Of a stretch of DNA of 64,000 nucleotides, positions 8,986-18,898 are shown in pieces. Every line of letters begins with the position of its first letter. Positions within the stretch are counted from its first letter, which is position 1. Location of the stretch: positions 10,588-74,587 of the IMG/VR virus record IMGVR_UViG_3300017956_006678, one strand, 5' to 3'. Made by a program: the position numbers and the translations under genes. This stretch comes from a virus. Below the pieces are notes generated by a model. The model ran no database searches and was not told where the DNA came from. It worked only from the letters and a program-made list of their open reading frames with translations.

Positions 8986-9693
8986 ATGAAAAAAATAATG
9001 ATTAAAGAAAAGTTAAAAAACATGGACGTTGAATTAGAAGACGTTGTCATGGGTGACTTTGATATTATTGGTGAATATACAGCAAAAAAGAGTAGAACAA
9101 GAGACAAAGATCAGTATAGAAAAGCAGGTTGTTTTTTTAGACCTAACTATGAAAGAGGTATACTAATGTATTATCTTGTTAGAAAAAAAGAAATTGAGTC
9201 TGTATTAGAAATAGGTTTTGGAAGAGGATACTCTGTTTTTTGCATGGCAAAGGCAATGTGTGATCATGGTATCGATGGCAAAATAACAACAGTTGATCCT
9301 AATTTAGATGAAAACTTTTTAAATAATTTAGCAAAAATATTTCCAAAAGAATGGTTTGATAAAATAGAATTTGTCAAAAGTACTTCAGACACATATTTTT
9401 CTGAAAATAAAGAAAAAGAATTTGATTTTATTTATATAGACGGCGATCATAGATACGAAGCTGTTAAAAAAGATTGGGAAAACTCTAAAGACAAGTTTAA
9501 AAAAGCACTTTTGTTTGATGACTATCACATGCCTTCAAAAAGACAAAAAGATATTGAATGTTCAAAAGTAATTGACGATATTACAGAATTTGAAAAAGAA
9601 CTAATAATAATGGATAGAAGAATATTTTTTGATGATAGAAGAATAGCTGATGAAGATATTGATTATGGACAAGTCCTCATAGAAAAGGAATGA
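8986..9693 (+). CDS. Class I SAM-dependent methyltransferase (Methyltransf_24-like)
   Basis: VLEIGFGRGYS, FDFIYIDGDHRYEAV, LFDDY; GAGG SD. Confidence 0.88.
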   Translation: MKKIMIKEKLKNMDVELEDVVMGDFDIIGEYTAKKSRTRDKDQYRKAGCFFRPNYERGILMYYLVRKKEIESVLEIGFGRGYSVFCMAKAMCDHGIDGKITTVDPNLDENFLNNLAKIFPKEWFDKIEFVKSTSDTYFSENKEKEFDFIYIDGDHRYEAVKKDWENSKDKFKKALLFDDYHMPSKRQKDIECSKVIDDITEFEKELIIMDRRIFFDDRRIADEDIDYGQVLIEKE

Positions 9694-9699
9694 CATGTC

Positions 9700-10395
9700 A
9701 TGTATACAAATTTTTATAAAAAAGGCATAGTTGATATTGATTTTCATAATGAAAAAATAGATTTAATATTAAAAGATATATTAGATCTCAAAATAAAAAA
9801 TAATTATTTTCTTAAAACTAAATATCAAAAAACTTATGATTTGAGACCTGATGTATATACTTATGATCCTTGTTTTTTGAACGTTCTTAAAGAAAATAAC
9901 ATTAAAGAATTAATAAGGAAGTATACTTTAAGAAATCTAACACTATCACATGTGCAAGTAAGAGTTGTAGAAGATGAAAATAGCTACATGAACTGGCATA
10001 GGGATACATACTATAACCAACGGGGAGACCTGGTAGGACAAGCACCTTCAGGTATAAAAATAATATATTATCCCAAGTTCAATGAGAATGAAAAAGAATT
10101 TGGAAGACTTGCTTATTTAGAAGGATCAAATAGAATACTTTTTCCAACAAATGCATACGATAATCAACTTTTTGGAATACTCAAACAAAATATAGTTAAA
10201 GCTAGATCTGGCAAAGCTATATTATTTGACACTGCAGGACTTCATGCAGTTATTCCAGAAAATAAAGGTGAAAAGTCTATAAGGTTAATTTATAGCTTTC
10301 TTGAGAAAGAGCAAGTAAATGCAATATCTACAGATAAAAAAAATATACATCAAAAAACTTCCTTAGAATATGAAAAATGGATGCAAAATGTTTAA
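9700..10395 (+). CDS. 2OG-Fe(II) dioxygenase, PhyH-like
   Basis: WHRD (HxD), GSN, GKAILFDTAGLHA, terminal R. Confidence 0.75.
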   Translation: MYTNFYKKGIVDIDFHNEKIDLILKDILDLKIKNNYFLKTKYQKTYDLRPDVYTYDPCFLNVLKENNIKELIRKYTLRNLTLSHVQVRVVEDENSYMNWHRDTYYNQRGDLVGQAPSGIKIIYYPKFNENEKEFGRLAYLEGSNRILFPTNAYDNQLFGILKQNIVKARSGKAILFDTAGLHAVIPENKGEKSIRLIYSFLEKEQVNAISTDKKNIHQKTSLEYEKWMQNV

Positions 10396-11326
10396 AGCTT
10401 ATTATTGCAAAGAAAGATTTAAATTTATTCATAATGATTTATTAGGAACTAATTTAATAAAAGAATATTCAAACAAATTTTTAATACCCAAAACAGGATG
10501 TTTTTATTCTGATCATTTAAATTTTTACATTGATACTTCTGATGGTGTCAATGATGATTTAGAGATATATGAGTATTGTGGTAGAATTAAAAGAGTAGTC
10601 CAAGACTGTAAAGGGAAACCATTTCTTTTTTTTAAGTCTGCTTATTCTAAAAAATGGTCAAAAAATATAGAAAAAATAGCAGAAGAAAATAATGGAAAAA
10701 TCATACCTTTTTTTAAATGGTCTTTTAATAATAAATTCTATAGTGACTTGTACCAAAAGCGTGAATTGTTTTTAGAAAAATATGAGAACGTTAAAAAAGA
10801 ATATGACATCGGAATATTTTTTGATTCTAAAAAATACAGATACCCCTTACCTAGTGAAACAGATGAATTTATATCTTGGAGTGATCATGAAAAATTTGGA
10901 TTAGCAGGTAAAAGTAGAAATATGGGATATCAGAATATTAATTCTAGAAAAAATATTATTGATAAACTTAATAACTCAAAATTTAATGTATTACACAGTT
11001 GGTCATCTTATAAAGATTACATCGATCAAAGTTTTAAATGTAAGATAATAATTAATCCACCCGGCATTGGAGAATACACTTCTAGAATGGTTGATCAAAC
11101 ATACCTGGGTAATTGCATAGTTTTAAGAAAGAATTCATACGATAATGGTTTAAGCTGGAAAAAACATATTCCTGAAGTTGACTTCATCAGCTCAGATTGG
11201 GAGAATACAATAGAAAATATTATTTCAAAATATAAGCATCATGGTAAAAATTGTAGAGAATATTATGAAAATTTCTGGACACCAAATGCAATCGTTAACT
11301 ACTTAATAGGAAAAATAAATGATTGA
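10388..11326 (+). CDS. Putative glycosyltransferase (GT-B C-terminal, exostosin/Glyco_trans_1_2-like)
   Basis: YDIGIFF, KCKIIINPPGIGEYTSR; cluster context. Confidence 0.55.
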   Translation: MFKAYYCKERFKFIHNDLLGTNLIKEYSNKFLIPKTGCFYSDHLNFYIDTSDGVNDDLEIYEYCGRIKRVVQDCKGKPFLFFKSAYSKKWSKNIEKIAEENNGKIIPFFKWSFNNKFYSDLYQKRELFLEKYENVKKEYDIGIFFDSKKYRYPLPSETDEFISWSDHEKFGLAGKSRNMGYQNINSRKNIIDKLNNSKFNVLHSWSSYKDYIDQSFKCKIIINPPGIGEYTSRMVDQTYLGNCIVLRKNSYDNGLSWKKHIPEVDFISSDWENTIENIISKYKHHGKNCREYYENFWTPNAIVNYLIGKIND

Positions 11327-11954
11327 ATTATTTGATTTTAAAAAACTCGAATCGATTAGAAATAAAAAAATTATTTTTTTAGATTTAGGTGCAAATGTTG
11401 GAAAGGTAACAGAAAAATTATTAGAAATTGATAATATCACAAAAATATACTGTTTTGAACCTGTTATAGAAAATTTTAAAATTTTAGAAAGAAAATTTGG
11501 AAAAAATGATAAAATAAAATTAGAAAATAAAATAGTTTGGAATCAAAAAGGAAAAGTTAATTTTTCTGTAGGATCTAAAAATTGTCATACAAACTCTAAA
11601 ATAACTAAAATTATTAATGAAAGAAATTATGACAAAAGAAAATATATTAAACAATATGAAATTGATTGTATCGACATATACGATTTTATAGAAAGTTTAA
11701 ACATAAACAATGAAGAACAATATTTAGTAATTAAAATGGATATTGAAGGTGCAGAATATGAAGTATTACCTCGTATGATTGAGAAAAATTCTATCCAAAA
11801 AGTTGACATTCTTCTTGTTGAATTTCATAAAGAACCGATACCTGGCAAATCTAAAAAAAGTATAATAGAAAATATTTTTAAAAATAAAGAAAAAATTTTA
11901 CTATATGAAGAGCAAACCCCGGGTACATTTAAAAAATGTGATTATAAAAGATGA
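11319..11954 (+). CDS. FkbM-family methyltransferase
   Basis: FLDLGANVG, YCFEP, IKMDIEGAEYEVL, VEFH. Confidence 0.92.
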   Translation: MIELFDFKKLESIRNKKIIFLDLGANVGKVTEKLLEIDNITKIYCFEPVIENFKILERKFGKNDKIKLENKIVWNQKGKVNFSVGSKNCHTNSKITKIINERNYDKRKYIKQYEIDCIDIYDFIESLNINNEEQYLVIKMDIEGAEYEVLPRMIEKNSIQKVDILLVEFHKEPIPGKSKKSIIENIFKNKEKILLYEEQTPGTFKKCDYKR

Positions 11955-13006
11955 ATTTCCTAAAATCCAATAAAGTCCTTAATCATCCAAAAAAATACGC
12001 ACAATGGTTTGATATTGGCGATACTCTTGGTCCTATAACTGTAAAAATAGATTTAACCAATGTTTGTAATCATGATTGTCCGGGATGTATAGATTATGAA
12101 TTAATTCACAATGATAACAATAGTTTAAATTTTGATTTGTTTGAAGATTTACTAAACTCTCTAAAAAAGTGTGGTGTCAGAGGAATAAACTATACCGGGG
12201 GAGGAGAACCCACAACACACAAGCAATTTGATAAAATTATAGAATTGACAAATAAAAAAGGTTTTAAAATTGGGTTGATATGCAACGGATCAATGTTTCA
12301 CAAGTGGAATATGAGAATATTATTACCTATGTTCACATGGATACGTGTTTCTTTAGATGCTTATAGTGTAGCAACACACAAAAAGACACACGGAAAAACA
12401 GCTGATTTTAATAGAACAGTAAAAAATTTAAAATTACTCTCTACTTTAAAAAGAATGTACAGGTATAACACCACAATAGGCGCAGGTTATATAACAAATC
12501 AATACCCGGAGATGGATAGAGAACTCTACAAATTTATTGAAATTTGTAAGAACTCAAAAATAGATTATGCCCAACTTAGACCAAGTTTTGGTTTTTTATA
12601 TGATTATAAATCAGTCAATCCGGAAGAACTAAGTGAGATATTTAAAAAAGCTAGGTCATATGAAGATGAAAAATTCAGTGTAATTATAGATGAAGGGAAA
12701 TATAGTAAGATTTTAGAAGGGAAAGGAACATGCAGAAGCTATAATATATGTCATGCACAATCTTTTAAAGCAACTACTATCACTGCAACAGGTGATGTTT
12801 ACATATGCTGTTCTTTAACAGGAAACAAAGAAGGTTGGATAGGTAATATCAAAAAAGAAAACTTTTATAATATCTGGCATGGCGATAAAAGAAAAGAAAC
12901 ATTAGAAAATCTAAATGTTCATAAGTGTCCACACCTTTGTGTAGGTGATAGTTTGAATGAATTTTTAGATAAAATTAAAAATGCACATCACCCGGAGTTT
13001 TTGTAG
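11951..13006 (+). CDS. Radical SAM/SPASM domain protein
   Basis: CNHDCPGC (CxxxCxxC), TGGGEP, RVSLD; C-terminal C...GDVYICC...IGNI...IW...CPHLC. Confidence 0.93.
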   Translation: MNFLKSNKVLNHPKKYAQWFDIGDTLGPITVKIDLTNVCNHDCPGCIDYELIHNDNNSLNFDLFEDLLNSLKKCGVRGINYTGGGEPTTHKQFDKIIELTNKKGFKIGLICNGSMFHKWNMRILLPMFTWIRVSLDAYSVATHKKTHGKTADFNRTVKNLKLLSTLKRMYRYNTTIGAGYITNQYPEMDRELYKFIEICKNSKIDYAQLRPSFGFLYDYKSVNPEELSEIFKKARSYEDEKFSVIIDEGKYSKILEGKGTCRSYNICHAQSFKATTITATGDVYICCSLTGNKEGWIGNIKKENFYNIWHGDKRKETLENLNVHKCPHLCVGDSLNEFLDKIKNAHHPEFL

Positions 13007-13893
13007 TGAAAGTTTTAATCAATAGAAAACCTGTTGAAGGTCCTTGGGGAGGTGGTAATCTATTCGTAAAGTCTATGTGCGAAATAATGCCTAGTTTAGG
13101 GCATAAAATTGTTCATGAAATCCAAGATAACATAGATGTATTTTTTATAATAAATCCAAGATACGATAAGACAAATATATCAATTAACGAAGCTATACAA
13201 TACAAAAATAATTTCCCTAATACAAAGATAATTCAAAGAATTAATGACTGTGATGCAAGAAAAGGAACAAATCAAGTCGATAACATGCTAATTGAGTGTA
13301 GCAAGTACTTAGATTCAACAATATTTGTTTCAGAGTGGATGAAACAATACTATGTAGAAAAAGGTTGGCGATGTGAGAATAATTTTGTAGTAATTAACGG
13401 TGTCGAAACAGGAGATGAAAAATCAAAAAAGATTAAAAACGGAAAAATAAACATTGTAACACATCATTGGTCTGATAATTACTTGAAAGGATTTGACATA
13501 TATGATCAATTAGATAATTTTGTGAGAGATAATGAAGAATATAGTTTTACTTATATAGGAAGAGAAAGAGGTACTTTTAAGAACACACATATAATAAAAC
13601 CTCTGCATGGAAAAAAATTATACGATCAATTAAAAAAATATGACGTCTATGTAAGCGCTTCAAGGTTTGATCCCGGTCCTAATCACATACTAGAGAGTTT
13701 GTCTTGTGGATTACCTACGTATGTTCACGCTGACGGTGGTGGCTGTGTAGAATTTGCAGGAAAAGATAATAGCTTTAAAAATTTTGACGATTTATTACAA
13801 AGAATATTATCTAAAGAATTTGTAAAAAATAAAATTAGTCTATATAATTGGCATAGATGTATGATAAAATTAAATGAAATTATAAAAAGGTAG
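13006..13893 (+). CDS. Glycosyltransferase, GT4-like
   Basis: GPWGGGN, IFVSEW, KGFD, DVYVSASRFDPGPNHILESLSCGLP. Confidence 0.9.
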   Translation: MKVLINRKPVEGPWGGGNLFVKSMCEIMPSLGHKIVHEIQDNIDVFFIINPRYDKTNISINEAIQYKNNFPNTKIIQRINDCDARKGTNQVDNMLIECSKYLDSTIFVSEWMKQYYVEKGWRCENNFVVINGVETGDEKSKKIKNGKINIVTHHWSDNYLKGFDIYDQLDNFVRDNEEYSFTYIGRERGTFKNTHIIKPLHGKKLYDQLKKYDVYVSASRFDPGPNHILESLSCGLPTYVHADGGGCVEFAGKDNSFKNFDDLLQRILSKEFVKNKISLYNWHRCMIKLNEIIKR

Positions 13894-13897
13894 CGAC

Positions 13898-14467
13898 ATG
13901 GCACATAAAGAACAATGGATATTTTGTGAAAAAGTAAAAAAATTATATCCTGAAAAATTTAAAGATGTAGAAGTATTAGACATAGGTTCTTTTGACGTTA
14001 ATGGTAACGCCAAATTCTTGTTTGAAAACTCGAACTATGTAGGTTTAGATATAGGTCCAGGAGAAGGTGTTGATATTATATGCCCTGCACAAGATTATAA
14101 TGCTCCTGATTGTTACTATGACACAATAATTTCTAATGAATGTTGGGAACATAACCCTTATTATGCAGAGTCAATAATAAATGCTGTTAGAATGCTTAAA
14201 AAAGGTGGTTTGTTTTTATTTACATGCGCAACAACAGGGAGACCGGTTCATGGTATTAAAGATTTAGAAAAATATTGTTCACAACAACATGAAAATTGGA
14301 AAACAATGCCTAATGTTTCTAGAGAAGATTGGGATAATAACTATTATAAAAACTTAGAAGAGAAAGATATAAGAGCAGTGCTAGATATTGAAAAAATATT
14401 TAGTAATTTTTCTTTTGAAGTAGAATTAAATCATTGTGATCTATATTTTTGGGGAATTAAGAAATGA
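13898..14467 (+). CDS. SAM-dependent methyltransferase (type 11-like)
   Basis: VLDIGSFDVNG, VGLDI, ECWEH, MLKKGG. Confidence 0.88.
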   Translation: MAHKEQWIFCEKVKKLYPEKFKDVEVLDIGSFDVNGNAKFLFENSNYVGLDIGPGEGVDIICPAQDYNAPDCYYDTIISNECWEHNPYYAESIINAVRMLKKGGLFLFTCATTGRPVHGIKDLEKYCSQQHENWKTMPNVSREDWDNNYYKNLEEKDIRAVLDIEKIFSNFSFEVELNHCDLYFWGIKK

Positions 14468-15285
14468 AAGACCATATTGCATTTTCTTATTTATGTTATA
14501 TTAATAAAAGTAATATTGATAGAAGAATTGATAATTTTACTAAAAGCTTAGAAAGTATGTCTCTCTTAAAAAAACAAGAAAAGTGTACTGTATATGCAAT
14601 AGACAATAATTGTCTAGAAAGTATTTCTAGAAAAATTAAAAATCAAGAAGGGATTGATTTTCACGTAAAGATGAACAAAAACTTTTTTGATATAGCATCT
14701 GTATATTCATGTTCAAAAATTGCTAAAATTAAAAATTTTAAATATTGCGGTTACTTATTTGATGATTTTGTAATCTATAATAAACAATTTGTAAGAGATT
14801 GTATTGATTTTTTAAATACGCATGAGGATGTAGGTTGTATAAGAATTCCAAAATATAGTTTTGATAATATGGAAAATTATGATTCTCAAAAAACACCAAA
14901 ATCAATTAACCCTGAGTCAGTAAGACATTATAGTAATAATCATATTGATAGAAAAGAATTGGTTTGGGAAGGACCTTATGATTTAAAAAATAGTAGATTC
15001 TATAAAAATAACTGGCATTATAGTTCGAGACCTGCAATCTGGAGAACAGACTTGTTATATTCTTTTTTCGATAAAAAAATACCTGTTATGCAAAAATTTG
15101 AATATGTTGCAGCAAAAAAGTTTTATAATTCAGGATTTAAAACAGGCGTTTTAGATGGAGGAGCTATGTATACATTTTTAGAAAGTGAAAGACTAGCTGG
15201 CGGCGCTGCTAGCAATGCTAGATTTGATAATATACTTGTTGATAAATTAGATATAGACAGTATTTTAGAAAAGGAAGTTGTATAA
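14464..15285 (+). CDS. Putative GT-A fold glycosyltransferase
   Basis: AIDNN, YLFDDF acidic motif, PAIWR; cluster context. Confidence 0.5.
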   Translation: MKDHIAFSYLCYINKSNIDRRIDNFTKSLESMSLLKKQEKCTVYAIDNNCLESISRKIKNQEGIDFHVKMNKNFFDIASVYSCSKIAKIKNFKYCGYLFDDFVIYNKQFVRDCIDFLNTHEDVGCIRIPKYSFDNMENYDSQKTPKSINPESVRHYSNNHIDRKELVWEGPYDLKNSRFYKNNWHYSSRPAIWRTDLLYSFFDKKIPVMQKFEYVAAKKFYNSGFKTGVLDGGAMYTFLESERLAGGAASNARFDNILVDKLDIDSILEKEVV

Positions 15286-15286
15286 A

Positions 15287-16063
15287 ATGAAAGAAGAATA
15301 TTTAAATAAAACATTGGTTGTTACTTTTGCTCAAAATGAGAGAACATTAAATCTATGTAATTACTGCTATGAAAAGCTAGGATTTAAAAATATTGTAACT
15401 TTAAATTCTCCTGGAGGTTTTCATGACAAATATATTGAATTTTCTGATATTGTCAATAATACAAAATACGATTATTATTTAAGAAACGATGCAGATAGAT
15501 TAGTATTCGATGGTATAAATGAATTATTTGATTTAATGGAAAAAGATAAAGAATTACAATGGGTAACCGGTGAATATTTTGACTATATAATGAATAGATT
15601 TAGAGGTGGTACTCCTACTTTACACAGGAGAGAACCACTTGTATATTTAAACAAAAACAAACATCTAATGAAAGATGTACAAAAACCAGAAGCAACCTTC
15701 GCAACAACAATAAAGAATAAATTTAAAATGAAAACAGTCAAAGTGTTCACTAATTTGCATGAGTATGATCAATACCCAAGTAAGGTTTGTAACGCTTTTT
15801 TAAATAGATTAGGTAGAAATCACTACCCTAGGCTTTACGATAAAAAATATTTAGATAATTTACCTAAAGATTATAAAAAAGCAATTGATTTAGCTTTTGA
15901 GTCATTTAACAAACAAGGTGGTAGTAAAAACTCTATGGTGTTTGAAAATTTTGACTATCTAGATAAAAATTTTAAACCAATAATTGATCTAGATTCAAAA
16001 TATAATTATTATAAAGACCTATATAACGAACTAATGAAAAACTATAGTAGGCGCAAAGATTAA
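15287..16063 (+). CDS. Putative GT-A fold glycosyltransferase
   Basis: YDYYLRNDADR (DxD), KPE, LHEYDQY; cluster context. Confidence 0.55.
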   Translation: MKEEYLNKTLVVTFAQNERTLNLCNYCYEKLGFKNIVTLNSPGGFHDKYIEFSDIVNNTKYDYYLRNDADRLVFDGINELFDLMEKDKELQWVTGEYFDYIMNRFRGGTPTLHRREPLVYLNKNKHLMKDVQKPEATFATTIKNKFKMKTVKVFTNLHEYDQYPSKVCNAFLNRLGRNHYPRLYDKKYLDNLPKDYKKAIDLAFESFNKQGGSKNSMVFENFDYLDKNFKPIIDLDSKYNYYKDLYNELMKNYSRRKD

Positions 16064-16068
16064 TTAAA

Positions 16069-17109
16069 ATGAGAGCTTTTTATATTTTTGGAATTACAGA
16101 CTTTCAAGATATGACAACTTCCATAGTCGAATCTTTAAATTACTGTAATGTTTGGGTCGTGATATTTAATTGTTTGGAAAAGAAAAACCAGTTTTATTAT
16201 TATAAAAAAGAAGAAATAATCAAATACATCAATTCAATTTGCAAAAATAATAATAATAAAAATAACTTAGAAGTTTCTTACTACTCTAAGTCATGCCAGA
16301 CAATTTACGAAAAAGATTTTAAAGATAGAAAACCTAGTATAATATTTATGCAGGGTATTTTTCACAAGTATCCTTTTTGGATTCCAAAAATTTTAGACAC
16401 GCCTGTTGTTCATTATGCTTGGGGTGCAGATGGTTTAAACAATTTAAATAAAAGCAAATATAAGAATAATATCTGCTTAAATGTTTTGAGACACAAAGAA
16501 GACTTAAAATTATTTAAAGAAAAAACAAAAATACCGGCAATGTATTTTGGTAATTTTGGACTAGATAGTTTGAATTTTATGTACACTGGGTATGAAAAAA
16601 TTAACAGTTTGAATGGTAAAAAGATATTGTTTATGCCTGAAACATGGTTAAAAAAAGAAAATATCAAGTGGGATAAAAGATCTGTACAGAAATGCATTGA
16701 CCCTATTGTAAAAATCGCAAAAGAATTGGGATATTATATAATTCTTAAAAGAAGAGAGAAAGGATATCCTACGGATAAAAATGCGGGATATTCAAATTTA
16801 CTAAAATATAAGGATGAGATAGACATGATAATAAATAAAGATTTGTTTTTTCCTTCGTCATTATATGGAGTCCCGATCTTAGCAAAAAAAACGATATTAG
16901 CTGGTCATATGACGCAAGGAACGCAAGAATTAATAAACTGTTACAAAAAAATAGGATCTATTGATTTTATGTATGTAAATGAAGACAATTACAATAAGAA
17001 AAAAATTGAAAATTTTATGAAATTAGAAAGTATAGAAAAAGGTCAAATTAAAATTAAAGATAAAATCACAAAAAAACTCATGAGGTACTTAGATGATAAT
17101 TTATGTTGA
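16069..17109 (+). CDS. Hypothetical protein, possibly a GT-B nonulosonic-acid transferase
   Basis: 346-aa soluble alpha/beta protein immediately upstream of HAD-NeuB-NeuA; function inferred mainly from context. Confidence 0.35.
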   Translation: MRAFYIFGITDFQDMTTSIVESLNYCNVWVVIFNCLEKKNQFYYYKKEEIIKYINSICKNNNNKNNLEVSYYSKSCQTIYEKDFKDRKPSIIFMQGIFHKYPFWIPKILDTPVVHYAWGADGLNNLNKSKYKNNICLNVLRHKEDLKLFKEKTKIPAMYFGNFGLDSLNFMYTGYEKINSLNGKKILFMPETWLKKENIKWDKRSVQKCIDPIVKIAKELGYYIILKRREKGYPTDKNAGYSNLLKYKDEIDMIINKDLFFPSSLYGVPILAKKTILAGHMTQGTQELINCYKKIGSIDFMYVNEDNYNKKKIENFMKLESIEKGQIKIKDKITKKLMRYLDDNLC

Positions 17110-17389
17110 TATAGATGAAACTATATGCAATTATGAAAATGTTGAGAGAAAGTATAAAAATGCTAAACCGGTTTATGAAAATATTAAAAAAATTAACAAT
17201 CTGTATAATGCTGGCAATAATATAATATACTGGACAGCAAGAGGCACAGTAACAAAAATAGATTACTATGAATTAACAAAATCACAACTAAAAAATTGGG
17301 GATGCAAGTATCATGATCTAATTGTGGGAGAAAAACCACACTATGATCTTCTAATATGTGATAAATCTAAGAGAATTGAGGAAATATGA
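17093..17389 (+). CDS. Minimal capless HAD-family phosphatase (capsule biosynthesis type)
   Basis: YVDIDETIC (motif I), YWTARG (II), EKP..DLLICDK (III/IV). Confidence 0.85.
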   Translation: MIIYVDIDETICNYENVERKYKNAKPVYENIKKINNLYNAGNNIIYWTARGTVTKIDYYELTKSQLKNWGCKYHDLIVGEKPHYDLLICDKSKRIEEI

Positions 17390-18213
17390 AAAAAACTTAT
17401 ATAATAGCTGAAATAGGAATAAATCATAACGGAGAATTAAAGAATGCATTAAGACTAATAGACTTAGCTAAAGTGGCTGGTTGTGATGCAGTTAAATTCC
17501 AAAAAAGAAACCCAGATGTTTGTGTTCCAGATCATCAAAAAATGAAAATTAGGAAAACTCCTTGGGGTGAAATGACTTATATTGATTATAAGCACAGAGT
17601 TGAATTTGGGAAAAAAGAATATGACATAATAGACAAATATTGCAAAGAGAAAGATATAGCATGGTCAGCTTCTCCATGGGATATTGATAGCTTAAATTTT
17701 TTAATGAATTATGATATACCTTGGATAAAAGTCCCTTCAGCAATGATAACAAATGAAAAACTAATGAGAGAATGTGCAAAATCGGGAAAGAGAATAATAT
17801 TCTCAACAGGAATGTCTACATATGAAGAAATTGATAATGCAGTTAAATTTTTAGAAGGATCTGAGATTGTAATGCTACATTGTAACTCTTCATACCCAGC
17901 TGCTTTAGAAGATTTAAATTTACTCTGTATAAAAACTCTTAAAGATAGATATAATTGTGAGGTAGGATATAGTGGCCATGAGTTTAGATTAGGAACCACA
18001 GTTTCTGCAATATATTTAGGAGCCACATATATTGAAAGGCATATAACTTTAGATAGAACTATGTGGGGATCTGATCACATGGCTTCAGTCGAACCACAAG
18101 GTTTAATTAAAATGGTTCGCGGTATAAGAGAATTAGAAATAGCTCTTGGTGATGGAATAAAGCGAGTAACAGAAAGTGAATTACCTATAAGGAAAAAATT
18201 AAGAGGTACCTAG
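17386..18213 (+). CDS. neuB: N-acetylneuraminate/nonulosonate synthase, lacking the C-terminal SAF/antifreeze-like domain
   Basis: IIAEIGINHNG, DAVKFQKR, STGM, LHCNSSYPA, GYSGH, IERHITLDR, GSDH; ends at 275 aa. Confidence 0.95.
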   Translation: MKKTYIIAEIGINHNGELKNALRLIDLAKVAGCDAVKFQKRNPDVCVPDHQKMKIRKTPWGEMTYIDYKHRVEFGKKEYDIIDKYCKEKDIAWSASPWDIDSLNFLMNYDIPWIKVPSAMITNEKLMRECAKSGKRIIFSTGMSTYEEIDNAVKFLEGSEIVMLHCNSSYPAALEDLNLLCIKTLKDRYNCEVGYSGHEFRLGTTVSAIYLGATYIERHITLDRTMWGSDHMASVEPQGLIKMVRGIRELEIALGDGIKRVTESELPIRKKLRGT

Positions 18214-18214
18214 G

Positions 18215-18898
18215 ATGAAAAACATTAATGACGTCGCAATTATTGTACAGGCACGACTTAATTCGCAAAGACTACCTAAGAAAATGTTAAAAGAATTTTG
18301 TGAAAGTAATTTATTTGAAATACTTCTAACAAAGTTAAAAAGTTCAAAAATCATTAATGAAAAAAACGTATATTTGTCAATACACGAAAAAGAATTAATA
18401 GATGTTTCAAAGAAGTTTAATTTTAATGTTTATCTAAGAAGTAAAAAGTCTGCAAACGAAGATAATGATATAAAAGTTATTTATGAATGGTATAATAAAC
18501 TTCCTTATAAATACTGTGTCTTAATAAGTGCTTGTAATCCTTTATTAAAAATTGAAACTATAGACAATTTTATTTCTAACTATCTCAAGTCAGAAAAAGA
18601 AGGTGCCTTTGCTGTCTTTGAAAAAAAGACATATTACTGGAATAAAGAAGGGAAAGCTATTACAGACTGGGGTAGTCAAAAAATAATGAATACAAAAGAA
18701 GTTACACCTGTATACGAAGCTGCTCATTGTCTCTATGGCAGTAGATTAAGTTTTCTAGAAAACGAATATTGGATGGATAAAAAAACGCCTCCCGAACCTA
18801 TGCTTTTTACAATGAATGAAATAGAAGCTTTTGATATTGATTACCCGTGGCAATTTGAGATTGCAAAAAAGCTATACGAGGACCAAAAAAATGAATGA
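18215..18898 (+). CDS. neuA: Acylneuraminate cytidylyltransferase (CMP-nonulosonate synthetase)
   Basis: IVQARLNSQRLPKK, CNPLL, FDIDYPWQFEIA; directly downstream of neuB. Confidence 0.85.
   Translation: MKNINDVAIIVQARLNSQRLPKKMLKEFCESNLFEILLTKLKSSKIINEKNVYLSIHEKELIDVSKKFNFNVYLRSKKSANEDNDIKVIYEWYNKLPYKYCVLISACNPLLKIETIDNFISNYLKSEKEGAFAVFEKKTYYWNKEGKAITDWGSQKIMNTKEVTPVYEAAHCLYGSRLSFLENEYWMDKKTPPEPMLFTMNEIEAFDIDYPWQFEIAKKLYEDQKNE

Noticed and set aside
9690-9701. Perfect 12-bp palindrome ATGACATGTCAT at a gene junction
   Set aside because: Single occurrence; palindromes of this length are expected many times by chance in 64 kb of AT-rich DNA.
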